From assembly GCA_964016885.1 (NCBI GenBank), contig OZ024745.1, forward strand, positions 131,068,001-131,132,000: a stretch of 64,000 bases of DNA. The letters are read 5' to 3'. Origin of the DNA: Eledone cirrhosa. Taxonomy: Eukaryota. Positions 25,385-38,512 of the stretch are shown here, piece by piece. The position numbers were made by a program, and so were the translations under genes. The notes beneath the pieces were generated by a model, which saw only the letters and a program-made list of their open reading frames with translations, was not told where the DNA came from and searched no databases. Each line of letters starts with the position of its first letter. Within the stretch, counting starts at the first letter, position 1.

Positions 25385-26130
25385 TCTTCTTTTTCGCTCA
25401 CTTATTCCTGGGAGGGTCGTGGAGGCAGAGTCCTCAAATACTCCTTTCGGTGGGTCTTGTCCAGGGCCGGATTTAGATTTTATGAAGCCCTAAGCTATTT
25501 GAGATAATGGGGCCCTTTATATGTTATAAAAACTGCAAAACGTTCAATATTAAAGCAGAAAACTGTTTAAAACTATTGCATTATTTTAGTTCTTTTTATC
25601 TTATATTTTGGAAATGTTCACACCGTTTCTTTTTTTTTTCAATTTTTTCGGGGCCTTAAGCTTGTTTAGCTTATACGTAAATCCCTCACTGGTCCTGTCA
25701 GAAGCAACCGTCTCCAATTGATCCACCTGGATCCCCAAGCGAGACCAGCTAAGTTCATGGATGTTATTCAACTATCTTAATCGGTGTCTACCCCTGGGTC
25801 TCCTCCCGGTTGGTTTTTGCCCGTCAAATCTGTCCAGCGATTCATTCCTGAGACATTATAACCACATGTCCATAGAATCGGAGATGTGATATCGCAATTT
25901 GGAAAAGTAGCGGGTCTACCTGGAGTGACTCTCTGACCTCCAAGTACGGTGGAACCCCATTTCGGTTGCTTGTGTTCGCAATCGTATTCTTTCGGTCATC
26001 ACACAAGATTCATGACCATACATAGGTAAAAGTTGGCACGAAAACCGCATTGAAGATAGCGAGTTTGGCTTTTACACCTACCTCGCTTCTTCTTATGACC
26101 GAATTATGAAACTGGCGCATTGCTGCGTCA
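25385..26130 (-). mobile_element. RTE (Expander-like) LINE fragment interrupted by a MITE
   Basis: Minus strand encodes KAKLAIFNAVFVPTF..YGHESCVMTERIR..LRFYGHV. Confidence 0.75.
25462..25691. mobile_element. hAT-type MITE
   Basis: TIRs CAGGGCCGGATTTA...TAAATCCCTCACTG; 8-bp TSD GTCTTGTC/GTCCTGTC; empty site visible in the paralogous copy at ~22660. Confidence 0.85.
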
Positions 26131-28494
26131 AAATGCCTACAATATTTAGTTACATTCCTTTATGTTTTCGGTTCAAATCCGGCTGAGGTCAACTTTACCT
26201 AAGAAACTACTATTCAAGTAGTGCGTCCATTTCTGTAATAAATACATCCTACTTGTAAATGAAACTATAATTGTTTCTACTTTTGGCACAAGGCCAGCAA
26301 TTATACCAGGGTATTACTGGTACTTTATGTTATCGACCCCATAAGGATGAAAGGCAAAGTTAACCTCGGCGGGATTTGAACTCAGCTCTTAAAGGGCCGT
26401 AACTCTTTGCTGCAAAGCATGGCGTCAGACCCTCTACCGATACTGCCAATCCACCGCCTTGTAAATGAAACTATAATGATTTTTACTTTTAAGCACAATA
26501 TCAATAATTATGGGAAGAGGGAAAAGTCGATAAATCGAACCCAATACCTGACTGATATCTTATTTTAACGACTCTGAAAGGATAAAAGACAAAAGTGGCC
26601 TCTGTGGGGTCTCGGGACTTAAAGAACCGTATCAAAGACCGCTAAAGAAGATCTTTTTAGTAGAATTAAAGAGAGATAACTGTTGTCAAAACAACGGAAT
26701 GTTGTATAAGTATCATGGCCAGTTTTAAGTATAAAGGTAATTATTATGAATTTATATTTTAAAATCTAATTGTGATAATTGCAATGTCTATTTTGTTCAA
26801 TATATATATATATATAGCGTACAGTTTAGCGTACCATTCACTGGCTGTGTTTTCTCATAGCTTTCTTAATAATGAACGTATTATAATGAAATTTTGCAGA
26901 TCCGTTTTCGAAAATGTAGACTTCGGTTATGCTGTTGAAATTATATAGATATAGATATTCATTGTTATTTAAGCTAAAAAATGAGCCTTATTACTTTGGT
27001 GTTTCGCCTGTTTATTAAAACTCTACTTCGGTATTGAGTGATTGAATGCTCCTTTCACTCAGCCGTCAACCACATACGTATATATATAGAGAGAGAGAGA
27101 AATGACATTGAGTAGTGTAGAAAATGTATGCCATTATATATATGTGCGTGTGTGTATATTATTCATTTAACACAAGTCGGTATTATTCTATATCAAAAGC
27201 ATTAAGGAACAAAACCATGCAATAATATATTTATATTCCCTTCGTTTTCAAATAATCGTAATAAATTTTCATTTTCGGTTGATGAGCACCTGTGCTAAAT
27301 TAATTAGCTAAACTAGTTTAGTTAATCTGCGAACCATTTCTTTCAATTTTCGTTTGAATTTAATGTAACTAAAGGAGGTCATTTGTTAAAAGTGCATTTT
27401 GAAGCATTGCGAACCAACAAAGGGATCTATACGTGGTCATTAGACCTGCTTGAAGTAGCAGATAAATCTCCCTCAAATCAGTTTACCGACACATTAGCTA
27501 AATGTAGTCTATGGAACACTATGTCTTTCTTAAATATAACGGGATGGTCACGGCTGAAATACCTTTAATCATCGTTCTGCTCAGCTAGAGTTGATTTACG
27601 TTATATACAATAATATTGGTTTCTGATTCATCACACGGCCAACAAGTTTGGGGGAGGGAAAACTCGATTAAATCGACCTCAGTTCGTTACTGGTACTTCA
27701 TGTTATCGACCTGGTAGGGATAAAAGGCAGAGCTAACTTCAGCAGGGTTTGTTATATAATAATATTAATGAAGCTTATGTTAGCTTGTATTTAAATAGTG
27801 GAAATTGTAAAGTGTGACAACAATGGAATATACACACTCGACTGTACAAACAACTTATTTGAATAGTGTCAACAATAGAGATAAATATTACTATTTCAAT
27901 AATGTTAGTCCGTTCACTGATGGAGTTGTCAATTATGTACTCTCGGCTCCCAAATAATAGGGGTGGGTTGGTTAATCGGTACTTTTTCTAGGTTGTCTCC
28001 GTTGATTTTTTTAAAAACCAGAATTAGTCGTTTAGTTTACACATTGAGACCCCCTACCTATGGGGTTTCTAGTAATATACTTTTTTGACATGTATAATGT
28101 TTTTTGGCACTACAACGCTATTAGCTGTCAGTCCAGTGGAAAAGAGGCGAAGGTGACGCCTCTCGTCAACATCGTTTATTTCCGTATTACTACTACGCGT
28201 AAGTGGAGTTTTCACGCGTATTTTTTTTGAGAGAGAGAGGGAAGACTTAAAAAGGCCAAATTAGAAAACAAGTCATGGTTATAAAGCATATCGATGTAAG
28301 TGGAGTTACTTAAATGAAAATACAGGTGGCCCTTAAAAGGGCCAAATTAGAAAACAAGTCATGGTTATCAATGTAGAAAACAAGTCATTCATAAATTTAA
28401 GTTTTATAATCAAATTTTTTTCACCAACAAATATGACAGCTAATAGCGTTGTAGTACCCGCAATTCTGTATCTTTACGTATATTGCGCATAGAT

Positions 28495-28960
28495 ACGAGG
28501 GTTGACAAAGATACTCTCATGGAATGTGACCAAATGAGGTTTATTTTTCAACAGTCTCCCTTGCGTTCCACACACTTCTTCCATTGGTGTTGCAGTACTG
28601 AGATCAATGTTTTCCTCGGTAGTGGCAGTTGTAAGACGTCCAGAGACATTAGGTCATCTTCAAGAATCCCCCTATCCTTTCCTAAATTCGGCTGCCCACT
28701 TTTGCACAAAGGAAAATTGTGGTACAATATTGTAAGGTCTGCTTATAGCATTATCCATCTTTCAAAAATGAAGGTCCACATTTCGTCGACTTCAATACAT
28801 TTTATTGTATTGTAAACATTAACTTTTATGGAAATTTTATTACAAAATTTCAATTTAGTTCGATTTTTTGGAATTTATTTAACAAACATGGAAAAATAAG
28901 AAAAATAAAAAATAATTTGATTGCCTTTAATAAAGAAGATAAATAGAGTGGAACTGATTT
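28495..28960 (-). mobile_element. Mariner transposase remnant
   Basis: Minus strand encodes FSFVQKWAAEFRKG*GILEDDLMSGRLTTATTEENI (mariner N-terminal HTH); TACGAGGG terminus. Confidence 0.75.
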
Positions 28961-29384
28961 CCAGGTCATACTAATTAAACAAGGTTTTTTCCATTACTGA
29001 TATTATCTGTCTGCCGCAAGTCCTGGTAGAAGATGCTACACGAACTAAAGTATTTTACTGAAGGACGCAACATGCTGCAGGATCGAAGAAACGAGCCCAT
29101 GACTTTATAATGGTTAGTCCAGTACCGTAACCCCTAAAGCATGTGCCTTCACAGAGGAAAGGTAAATCATATAACAGATTAGATGGGTACTATGTTGGAT
29201 ATTACTGTGTCATATTATACCAAAGAGGAAGTGTGCTGTATAATAAACATTGATATCTAGTTGATTCAATAACTACCCGGTCCCAAATATGAACCCATGA
29301 ACTTATGGTCGTCAGTCAAACACTTTAACCATTGTATGTATACACGTATGGATGGATGCATGTGTATGTATGTATGCGTGTATG

Positions 29385-30450
29385 AGAACAACTGGAAGGA
29401 CTTCAGGAGCTCGGTCTATGAGGCTTCAGCAGAGGTCCTTGGCTTTGTCACAAGAAAACAAGGACTGGTTTGATGAGAATGACCAGGAGGTCAAGGCTCT
29501 GCTAGACAGAAAACAAAAGGCACTTGATGCAGTTCTTAAAGGTGATATCTCTGTTGGTGACAATTATGAGCGTTACAGACAGGTAAAGAAGGAAGTGCAG
29601 GTGAAACTCAGGGCTATGCAAAATACCTGGTGGAGCAACAAAGCAGATGAAGTTCAAGTGGCATCTGACGACAACAATGTGAAACTGCCGCACTTTCTAC
29701 TCACAGAAGTGTATGGCCCTTTCAGCTCTCCAGTGGCCCCTTTGAGATCGAAAGATGGCAAGCAATTACTGCGCGACCCAAAAGACACTCGACAGATCAC
29801 TTTGATGAGCTCTTAAACCAGCCATCCCAGGTTGATGATGATTTCATTTGTTCCATTCCTATTGAACCAGTGAAGCATATGAGATGGCTAATGTATCTTC
29901 TCTTGCAGAGGGGACTTCTGTTGTGCATAAGCTGAACTGTGGTAAGCCTCCTGGTATGGATGGTCTGAGTGGAGCGGTTTTGAAGTGTGGTGGTGAAAAC
30001 TTCACGCAGCGCCTGACTGACCTCATGAAAATGGTGTGGGAAGATGAGAATGTCCCACAAGAAGGATGCGTTCATGGTGATTCTCCATAAAGGAAAGGAC
30101 GGCAAGGACAAATGTGGCAATTATCATGTCATATCCCTTCTTTGGTAAAACCGTGTCGAATATTGATGGATAGATTGATCCCAAGAGTTGCTCTGAATGT
30201 GTTGCCTGAGTCGCAGTGTGGGTTCAGAAACGAAAGAGGAACAGTGGATATGATCGTTTCTGCTCGGCAGCTGCAAGAAAAGTGTATCGAACAATGTATG
30301 GACCTTGACAAAGGCCTTTGCCACTGTCAATCGAACTGCGTTGTGGGAAAAAAATCCAAGGTAGGGTAGAAGATTCTGCATCTTTTCCATGATGACATGA
30401 AGGCTTTGTGTCAGTATTGGTGGTAGCATCTCTGAACCAATATCAGTTGT
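29385..30450 (+). mobile_element. Degenerate RTE (BovB-like) LINE
   Basis: KDWFDENDQE, KLNCGKPPGMDGL, LPESQCGFRNERGTVDMI..RQLQEKCIEQ motifs with frameshifts. Confidence 0.88.
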
Positions 30451-32240
30451 CATTTTCGACAGATTTCCATGTCATAATTATAAGTGGAAAAAAAATAGTC
30501 AATTGAGAGCACCTTTAATATCAGATTGGGTGGTAAAAAAAAAGGAAACGGGAAGAAAATGTTTCACACCAAGATCAATAGCTTGGTGTGATGTAGTATG
30601 GTGTAACTTGGTTTGGTGAAGTTATGAAATGGAAATCAATTGTAAACGATAGATTCCCATGTCACATTCATTGATAATGTCTGGGAAAATAGTCATTTGC
30701 AAGCACCTTTGATGTTAGTTTGAGGTGGTAACCACAAAAAAAAAAAAAAAAAAGCAGGTAGCAAATTTGTCACATTGATGTCCATACCATGGTGTGATGT
30801 AAATGGTAGTAGGTGTTCTGTAATAAATTTACCATATAGTGAAGTATGGTTATGGTGAATTTATGGTGTGGAGTGCTTTGTTATAAGTGAGGATTTAAAT
30901 TTCCACTTTGATTTATGTTAGAAAAAAAATGTTTCCTTCATTTTTGCATGTGCTATCAACTTCCAAGATGCTCGCAGTGGACTATGCTTTTAGCATATTA
31001 ACAAAAAATATGACTTCCGCTGCAATAAAAAATGACTAGCTTTGTAAATGGTATTTCCACCCACATCCTCCCTCTTTTTTCTACAAAGCTAGTCATTTTC
31101 ATCAGGTTTCCATGTCATAACCATTGATAATATGTGCATAAAATAGTAATTTGCAAGCACCTTTTATGTCAAATTGGGTGGTAAGCACAAAAAAAAAAAA
31201 AAAAATGCTGGATGAAAATTTGTCACACCAAAATCAATATCTTGGTGTGGTTTGGTGAAGTTTCTACAAAGATAGTCATTTTCGACAGGTTTCCATGTCA
31301 TAATTATTGATAAGTGGAAAAAAAAATAGTCAATTGGGAGCACCTTTAATGTCAGATTGGGTGGTAAGCACACACACACACACAAAAAAAAAAAAGGAAA
31401 CGGGAAGAAAATGTTTCACACCAAGATCAATAGCTTGGTGTGATGTATGGTGTGGTTTGAAGTTATGAAATGGAAACCAATTGTAAACGATAGATTCCCA
31501 TGTCATATTCATTGATAATGTGGGAAAATAGTCATTTGCAAGCACCTTTGATGTTAGTTTGGGGTAGATTAATGTGGTGTGGTGTGCTTTGTTATAAGTA
31601 AGGAATTAAATTTACACTTTGATTTATGTAAGAAAAAAATTTCTTCCTTCACTTTTGCATGTGCTATCAACTAATACAACTTCCAAGATGCTCGCAGTGG
31701 ACTATACTTTTAGCATATTAACAAAAAATATGACTTCCGCTGCAATAAAAAATGACTAGCTTTGTAAATTTTAAGCTAGTCATTTTCGACAGTTTTCCAT
31801 GTCATAATTATTGATAATGTGCGAAAAATAGTCAATTGCAGCACCTTTATGTCAGATTGGGTGGTAAGAACACACACAAAAAAAAAAAAGAAACGGGAAG
31901 AAAATCTTTCACACTGAGATCAAAAGCATGGTGTGATGTAGAATGGTGCAGTTTGTTGTGGTGTGGTTTGGATTGTTGTAGTTACAACATGGGAACCTAT
32001 TGCAAATGATAGGTTTCCATGTTATATACATTGATAATGTGTAAAAAAATAGTCATTTGTGAGCACCTTTGATATCAGATTGGGTGGTAAGCACACACAG
32101 AAAAAAAAAAAAACAGGAAGAAAAATGTTCTCACTGAGATTAATAGCATGGTGTGATGTAGTATGGTGTAGTTATAACGTGGAAACCTATCATAAATTTA
32201 CCAAGGTATGGTATAATCTGGTTTGGTGTAGTGTAGGTTA
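30450..32240 (+). repeat. Degenerate complex satellite (~150-200 bp monomers with higher-order duplication)
   Basis: Recurrent TTCCATGTCATA..ATTGATAA...AATAGTCA.TTG..AGCACCTTT..TGTCAGATTGGGTGGTAAGCAC; block 30870-31050 repeats at 31585-31770. Confidence 0.8.
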
Positions 32241-32359
32241 GTGTGGTGTTATTGTGTTGCATCGTATAGCGTGATTCTCTTTAAATTAAAATCATTAAAA
32301 TGTAATGCCTATCTTCTATATCTTAAAGAGTGACCTTAAATGTGATTGCAAATGACTTT

Positions 32360-33330
32360 TTTCTCTGAGTTAATGTTAGATTTAGGGTTAGTGTTAGGGT
32401 AAGTTTTACTGTTAATGGTAAGTTTATTGTTAGTGACTGTGTTACTGTTAGTGTTACTGTAACTGTTACTCTTACTGTTACTGTTTGCGTTACTGTCTGC
32501 ATCAGCGTTAGCATTTGCATAAGCGTCTATGTAAGCTTTTGTGTTAGTGTCTATGTAGACTGGTGTTAGTGTAAGTGTCAGCATCTATGTCAGCGTTTGC
32601 ATTGGTGATAGTGATTGTGTCAGCATTTCCCTTAGCGTCTGAGTCAACATTAGTGTTAGCATTAGTGTTTGTTTCAGTGCCTACGTCTATGTCAGCTTCT
32701 GAGTCAGCATTATCATTAGCGTCCGTGTCAGCATTTCCCTCAGTGTCAGTGTCAGCATCTGCATCAGCATTCACATTAGCATTAGCGACAGCGTTTCCTT
32801 TAACGTCTTTGTCAGCATTTCCGTTAGCGTCTGTGTCAGCGTGTACGTTAGCTTCTACGTCAGCATTTCCATTAGCTTCTACGTCAGCATTTCCAACCGC
32901 GTGTGTCAGCGTCAGTATTTACATCTACATCAGCGTCAGCGTTTCAGTTAACGTCAGTGTTTATGTTAGCGTCTGTGTCAGCGTGTACGTTAGCTTCTAC
33001 GTCAGCGTTTTCCGTTAGCGTTTCCATTAACCTTTCCTGTGGCATCCGCATCATTGCAGCGTCTGCATATCCCATGTAAGCGTTAGCCTTAGCCCTAGCA
33101 TCCGCATCAGCATTTGCGTCAGCATACACGTCAGCGCCGGCAAAACTGCCTCAACATTTGCGTCAGCGTTAGCTTGGCTTTGGCTTCAGCAATCCGCATC
33201 AGCAATTGCGTTTTGGAGATCAGCTTCAGCGGTAAGGGTAAATGCTAACTTCTACGCCTGCTTCTACGTAACAACTACGTCAGCATCTACGTTAGCTTCT
33301 ACGTCAGCATCTACGTTAGCTTCTACATTA
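32360..33330. repeat. Hexamer-based low-complexity tract (GTTAGT/GTCAGC/GCGTTA)
   Basis: Direct reading; source of the spurious A/D/N/T or V/S ORFs. Confidence 0.85.
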
Positions 33331-33431
33331 CATAAAAACAAACTTAAACACTAACTAATTCCTCTAAATTCATCCACTCTTCTACTTCTTTTCACAATAT
33401 ATCCTTAATAACGTTAATATCTTTATTTTAA

Positions 33432-33672
33432 TAATACATATCAACAATTTCTTTCCATCGCACATATTATTAAACCCTTCAATATACAAACCTTAATTTA
33501 ATATTATTCTTAATACATATCAACAATTTCTTTCCATCGCACATATTATTAAACCCTTCAATATTCAAACCTTAATTTAATATTATTCTTAATACATATT
33601 AACAATTTCTTTTCATCGCACATATTATTAAACCATTCAATATACAAACCTTAATTTAACATTATTCTTAAT
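33432..33672 (+). repeat. 79-bp tandem repeat x3
   Basis: AATACATATCAACAATTTCTTTCCATCGCACATATTATTAAACC... at 33433, 33512, 33591. Confidence 0.9.
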
Positions 33673-34121
33673 TTTTTCTCTTCATTAATTTTCAAATTCT
33701 TTTAATTTATATATTATCTTCCAACGGCTTTTTAAGCTCTCTCTGTAAATAAATATATTTTTCTGTTATAAAGGCTATCTCTCTCTTTCTATCACCCATC
33801 TCTCCTCCTATCTCATCCTTCCTTATTATACTCCTCCCCCACCATTCTTTACTCTCATCTCTTCCTCTTTTTCATCCTTTCCAACCCCCCCCCCTCATTT
33901 TTTTCCCCATATCACACATCAATCTAAAACTACTTTTCATATGTTGATTTAAAACTGCACTATTCACAAGTGTTTTTTAACCTTCATATCATGTCTCCCA
34001 ATTTTATCTGACGAAAACGCAAATGTCATCGCATGATGATATTTGTTTTTGAAATGCGCATAATAAAATACATGGAACTCTTTTAACCATCTTTTGATCT
34101 TATATTATATATATATATATA

Positions 34122-34330
34122 AGTATTGAAGTTTCCGTTGAAAATTGAAAAAGTCATAGGACTGAAGAGTGCTCTATGTAAGTACCAGAGCAAAATTTAA
34201 TGGATAATAAACAATACAATATAATTACCTCATTACCAGAGGTTTCCCGAATAAGACGAATACGAAAAACGTCCTCATTCGTTCGTCGGACAAGGCAATT
34301 TAAAACATAGTGAAGTATTTGAAAAGTCTC
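34122..34330 (-). mobile_element. Penelope-like pseudo-LTR fragment containing a hammerhead (34228-34295, U4C core)
   Basis: Near-identical to 46584-46760; minus strand reads CCUUGU CCGACGA A-stemII-G GAAA CC UCU GG UA AUGAGG. Confidence 0.75.
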
Positions 34331-35350
34331 CTCAAGAAATGCAAAAAATATATTAATAAAAGTAATGCAAGAGATATATAAAAAAAATAAGGAAATATAG
34401 TTAGGGTATGTGTATATGTATGTATATACACTCACAAATCCTAAACGGATGGTAGTCCATTTAGTAATATTGTTGTGGTCGTGTTTTCGTTGGCAATCGT
34501 CTATTTACGACAGTACAGCGCGGCTCTACTTTATTTAACAGTAGATCATTACGCATCTTTTGGCTTAAAAATCTAGAAATTTGGTCCAGCGGGAAAAAGT
34601 TTATAATCAAAGTTTGCTGATAAATCTTGTGTTCAAGTGAGTGAGTAGTAAGCGTGACGCTAGGGGAGGTAATTACGAGTCTCTCTCTCTATTATCTAAT
34701 ATATTTCAAATTGTATTTTTAACTAAATTCATTTATCATAGTCTAATATTTTAAAAATAGTGAGTGCTCCACGATGATGACCCATGTCCCCGCCATGTGG
34801 AGGGGATGCTTAGGAGCCATCCAGATATCATGTGAACATTTTTGGTTCGCGGTGTCCACATGATGGCCCTTTATACTAATTAGTCATTAATCTGCCTAAA
34901 AATTATACCAGATCATTCTGATTATTGGCTTGAAATCTTTTACAAAATTAGTATGAGCAACTAAGAGGTCATCAATAGAAATAGAATTACTTTTTGAAGT
35001 TTTCATGCACAGCATTTTTGGGGATTTTAAATAAAAGTTAATATCATAATTCTTATTTTGTATACCCACATTGCAGATACAGAGAAACATGACAATCCTA
35101 TATAAAGGTCGTAGACAGCAGTATCAGTTTTTATCCGTAACACCATTGAAATGCACAAGTTTCACCAATTCACTATTATGCACTAATCATCTCAAATGCA
35201 TGATTTACTAGCTTTGTCATTAAGCCAGTTGCCTCAACTAGATTGCAATTATACTCAAAAGAACTTTAAAATGTCAATCACTTGTCAGTAATTCACTATG
35301 ATCCTTTAATTATTAGATAGTTGTTGCTTGCATTACCTTAAAAAATAGTA

Positions 35351-36339
35351 GACCAGATAGAAAAATGCGTACAGCAAAAAAAAGTAATATTGTTGGAATA
35401 TAAACCTTTAAAAATACAGGACAAGAAACTAAAATAAAACTTTAAAAGAATAGGACAAGAAACTAAGATAAAACTTTAAAGAATTGGACAAGAAATAAAA
35501 AATTTTACAATAATATTAGTGGCAAAATTTTTTTATTCGTTTCCTGTGCTATGCTCCAGTATCTTCTTGATTAGTGCATAATAATTGTCATGCTCTCATT
35601 GTGCGTTGCCCCTGAGCGGTTGGTTGGGTGAGCAGTTCTGCTCCGTCAGAATGACCAGTGCAAGAAGAATTGGCCGATGCAGCTGCAGGTCTCCTCCAAG
35701 AATCCACTTCTGGTCCCGCAACACCAGACGAAGATGGAGAAGATGACCGGGACAAGATGTCGACTCTGACCACCGACTACGGCACCTCCCTCAACCACCG
35801 GTCCTCTGTCCCGTCATCCCTCCAGTCCTCCTACTCCCCCTTCCTGTACCAGAAAGCTGTGGCACGCATTCATCTGGACTGCCGGACTTGAACTCAAGGA
35901 CAAGATGCAAGGAGAAGATGGACGGGTTGGTCAAGATCAAGGATGAGCGGGACGACAAGACCGTCCGCTGCTGCTTAAGATCTGTGCTCATGGGCCCATG
36001 GGTCCATTCACATTATGCATGACACGAGGCGTGTCGCCGAATGATGAAATAGGGGTATGGTTATGGCCCAATTGGTGTTCAAATGATCCCCCCGGTCTGA
36101 CGACGACCTCTGAATGTGGAACCCAGAGCCTATGAATGTGGAACTCGATTTTTTACCAATAAAAATTTTGCCACTAATATTATTGTAAAATTTTTTATTT
36201 CTTGTCCAATTCTTTAAAGTTTTATCTTAGTTTCTTGTCCTATTCTTTTAAAGTTTTATTTTAGTTTGTCCTGTATTTTTAAAGGTTTATATTCCAACAA
36301 TATTACTTTTTTTTGCTGTACGCATTTTTCTATCTGGTG
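35351..36339. mobile_element. Non-autonomous DNA transposon (CMC/EnSpm-like) with ~185-bp TIRs and a GC-rich interior
   Basis: TA|(C/G)ACCAGATAGAAAAATGCGTAC...GTACGCATTTTTCTATCTGGTG|TA; three subterminal GGACAAGAAA repeats per arm. Confidence 0.85.
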
Positions 36340-36540
36340 TACATATGTGTGTATGTACAAATGCATGTGTATGGTGAAAATGTGTGCATAAGTACATATA
36401 TGAGGGCAAGTATATTTGTGTATATGTGACCACAAATACGTATATACATACATACCCACATATATATGTATGTATGTATGAAACTTAATTATTCCTGTAA
36501 CGTTTTTCATGTCAACACTTTTTAATAATTATTTGATATT

Positions 36541-36726
36541 ACTTACCATGTTCTTATCTTTTGCTTTTACTTCATTTCTTCTGCGTTTGTTGACACTTGT
36601 TCTATTGAATGGATAAAAATGGCGCCAAACTTTTCCTTTTGAAAGAATAATGTGATTTGTCACGTGATATTACCTCTAAATATATAAATGTGTCTATACG
36701 TATATACGTATTTTTTCCTTGTAAGT
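36541..36726. promoter_or_regulatory. Candidate (bidirectional) promoter / first-exon region
   Basis: YY1-like AAAATGGCG (~36616), E-box GTCACGTGA (~36659), minus-strand donor ATG|GTAAGT at 36547/36546 and plus-strand GTAAGT at 36721. Confidence 0.3.
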
Positions 36727-37278
36727 TCGGAAAAATGATAAACTTGAATAATTCTAAAATCGAGAAAATGTTTTATATTACTCAAATGATGCTATTGCAT
36801 TGAGCATCCTTTTCACACTTCCAGTATTGATGGAAAATGGTGAGAGTAGTTTCTCAAAGCTGAAGCTTATAAAATTTTACATTCACTCTACAATGTTGCA
36901 AGAGAGTTTTGTTGATTGCATTTTAAACAATAATAAAGCGATTATTAATCATTGAAAGACTCAAAATAATAATACTATGGAATATTTTTACTTAGTCCGG
37001 AAAGAGTATAGTTCGGTTAAGAGTATACTATTTTCCATTCCCGAGGGTATATTCTTAAGCAGACTCGACTGTACCTGCGGGGCTAGACCGAGGGGGCGGG
37101 GAAAAGTCGGGTCCCATCACAATATTCCCATTCCATGATAGTAAAGCCCCTTCACCTGAGGGGTAAAGGTAAAACCTGCAACGATACATTTTCTCAAACG
37201 ATTCTGGAGGAGCGAATGATGGAGAAGAAAAAGCTCTCTGCCGCAGAATAAATGGTATTTAATTTTAATAATAATACT

Positions 37279-37340
<62 letters not shown>

Positions 37341-37595
37341 ATTATGTAATAAACAACATAAGGCAATTATAAAATAAATGGAATAATTGCCTTATGTTGT
37401 TTATTACATAATAATAATAATTAAGCTCTGTTGCCTACATAGAGCACTCTTTTTTCCAGGACTTTTCCGATGGAATTACTTCATTTACACATATATATAT
37501 ATATATATATATTTCTTAATTGAATTGATTATCATTATCGTTTTTGTGGCAAAAGATAGACAAAGAGGGAAAGAGATAGACAGAGGGAAAGATTT

Positions 37596-37635
<40 letters not shown>

Positions 37636-37639
<4 letters not shown>

Positions 37640-38001
37640 TTGCGAGGTTTTTGATATGAAATCGTGTGTCGAAACAAATATTGTTATACTTGGGGAGGGT
37701 CATATTTGAGTAATATTGCCAGAATTAATAACAGAACCCACTCACTGTTTGGTTGGTTTTCGCTTTTGTGTCTTTTATATCGGTAATCTAATTTATTCGG
37801 TCCTCAATGTTGCCATTGACTGACCAACGGTCAAAAATCATACAGATACAATTTTGACCGTTGGTCAGTCAATGGCAACATTGAGGACCGAATAAATTAG
37901 ATTACCGATATAAAGGACACAGAAGCGAAAACCAACCAAACAGTGAGTGTGTTCTGTTATTAATTCTGGCAATATTACACAAATATGGCCCTCCACAAGT
38001 A

Positions 38002-38005
<4 letters not shown>
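37636..38005. mobile_element. Fold-back element (~155-bp arms, ~15-nt loop) with a one-sided tail
   Basis: 37683-37836 is the reverse complement of 37852-38005; GTTATACTTGGGGAGGGTCAT termini; inserted in (TA)n. Confidence 0.9.
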
Positions 38006-38057
<52 letters not shown>

Positions 38058-38397
38058 AGAAAGAAGAGAAAAAAACGAGACCCTTAGAAACGAATAAGAG
38101 TCATCAAAGCGATCATATGTATTGCTTTAAACTGTAATGCGAAGGGATACACTAGTATTTGAGGTACCATCATTTGGGATTTTAACCCCGGACTTTCCCC
38201 TCCCGGTTTTGAAATTTAGGGGTGACTGGGAATATTACATAATGTAGGGATTTTCTTTTCCTTTTCTATCATTTCTTATTTATGTATTTATATATTTATT
38301 TATCTACTCTCGTGATTGATACTCCGACAAATGTTAGGGGTATATTTTGGTTTTTATTATGTCAGGTATAGCATCCAAAAATGTCTCCCTTCCCCCA

Positions 38398-38428
<31 letters not shown>

Positions 38429-38429
38429 A

Positions 38430-38512
38430 ACACAGTGTCCCAAAAAATGTATACACACTTCAACAGCAAAGTAATCAAAGTGTGTATATATTTTGGAGGG
38501 GACACCGTGTGT
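38430..38512. mobile_element. Tiny Tc1-like MITE
   Basis: CACAGTGTCCCAAAAAATGTATACACACTT...AAGTGTGTATATATTTTGGAGGGGACACCGTG inverted arms in TA context. Confidence 0.6.

Noticed and set aside
32323-33129. Ala/Asp/Thr-rich 'antifreeze/adhesin-like' ORFs
   Set aside because: Hexamer low-complexity DNA, open in several frames and interrupted by stops
37683-38005. Pre-miRNA or ribozyme in the long hairpin
   Set aside because: Arms are too long and perfect, the element has repeat-family termini, and no CUGANGA/GAAA core was found
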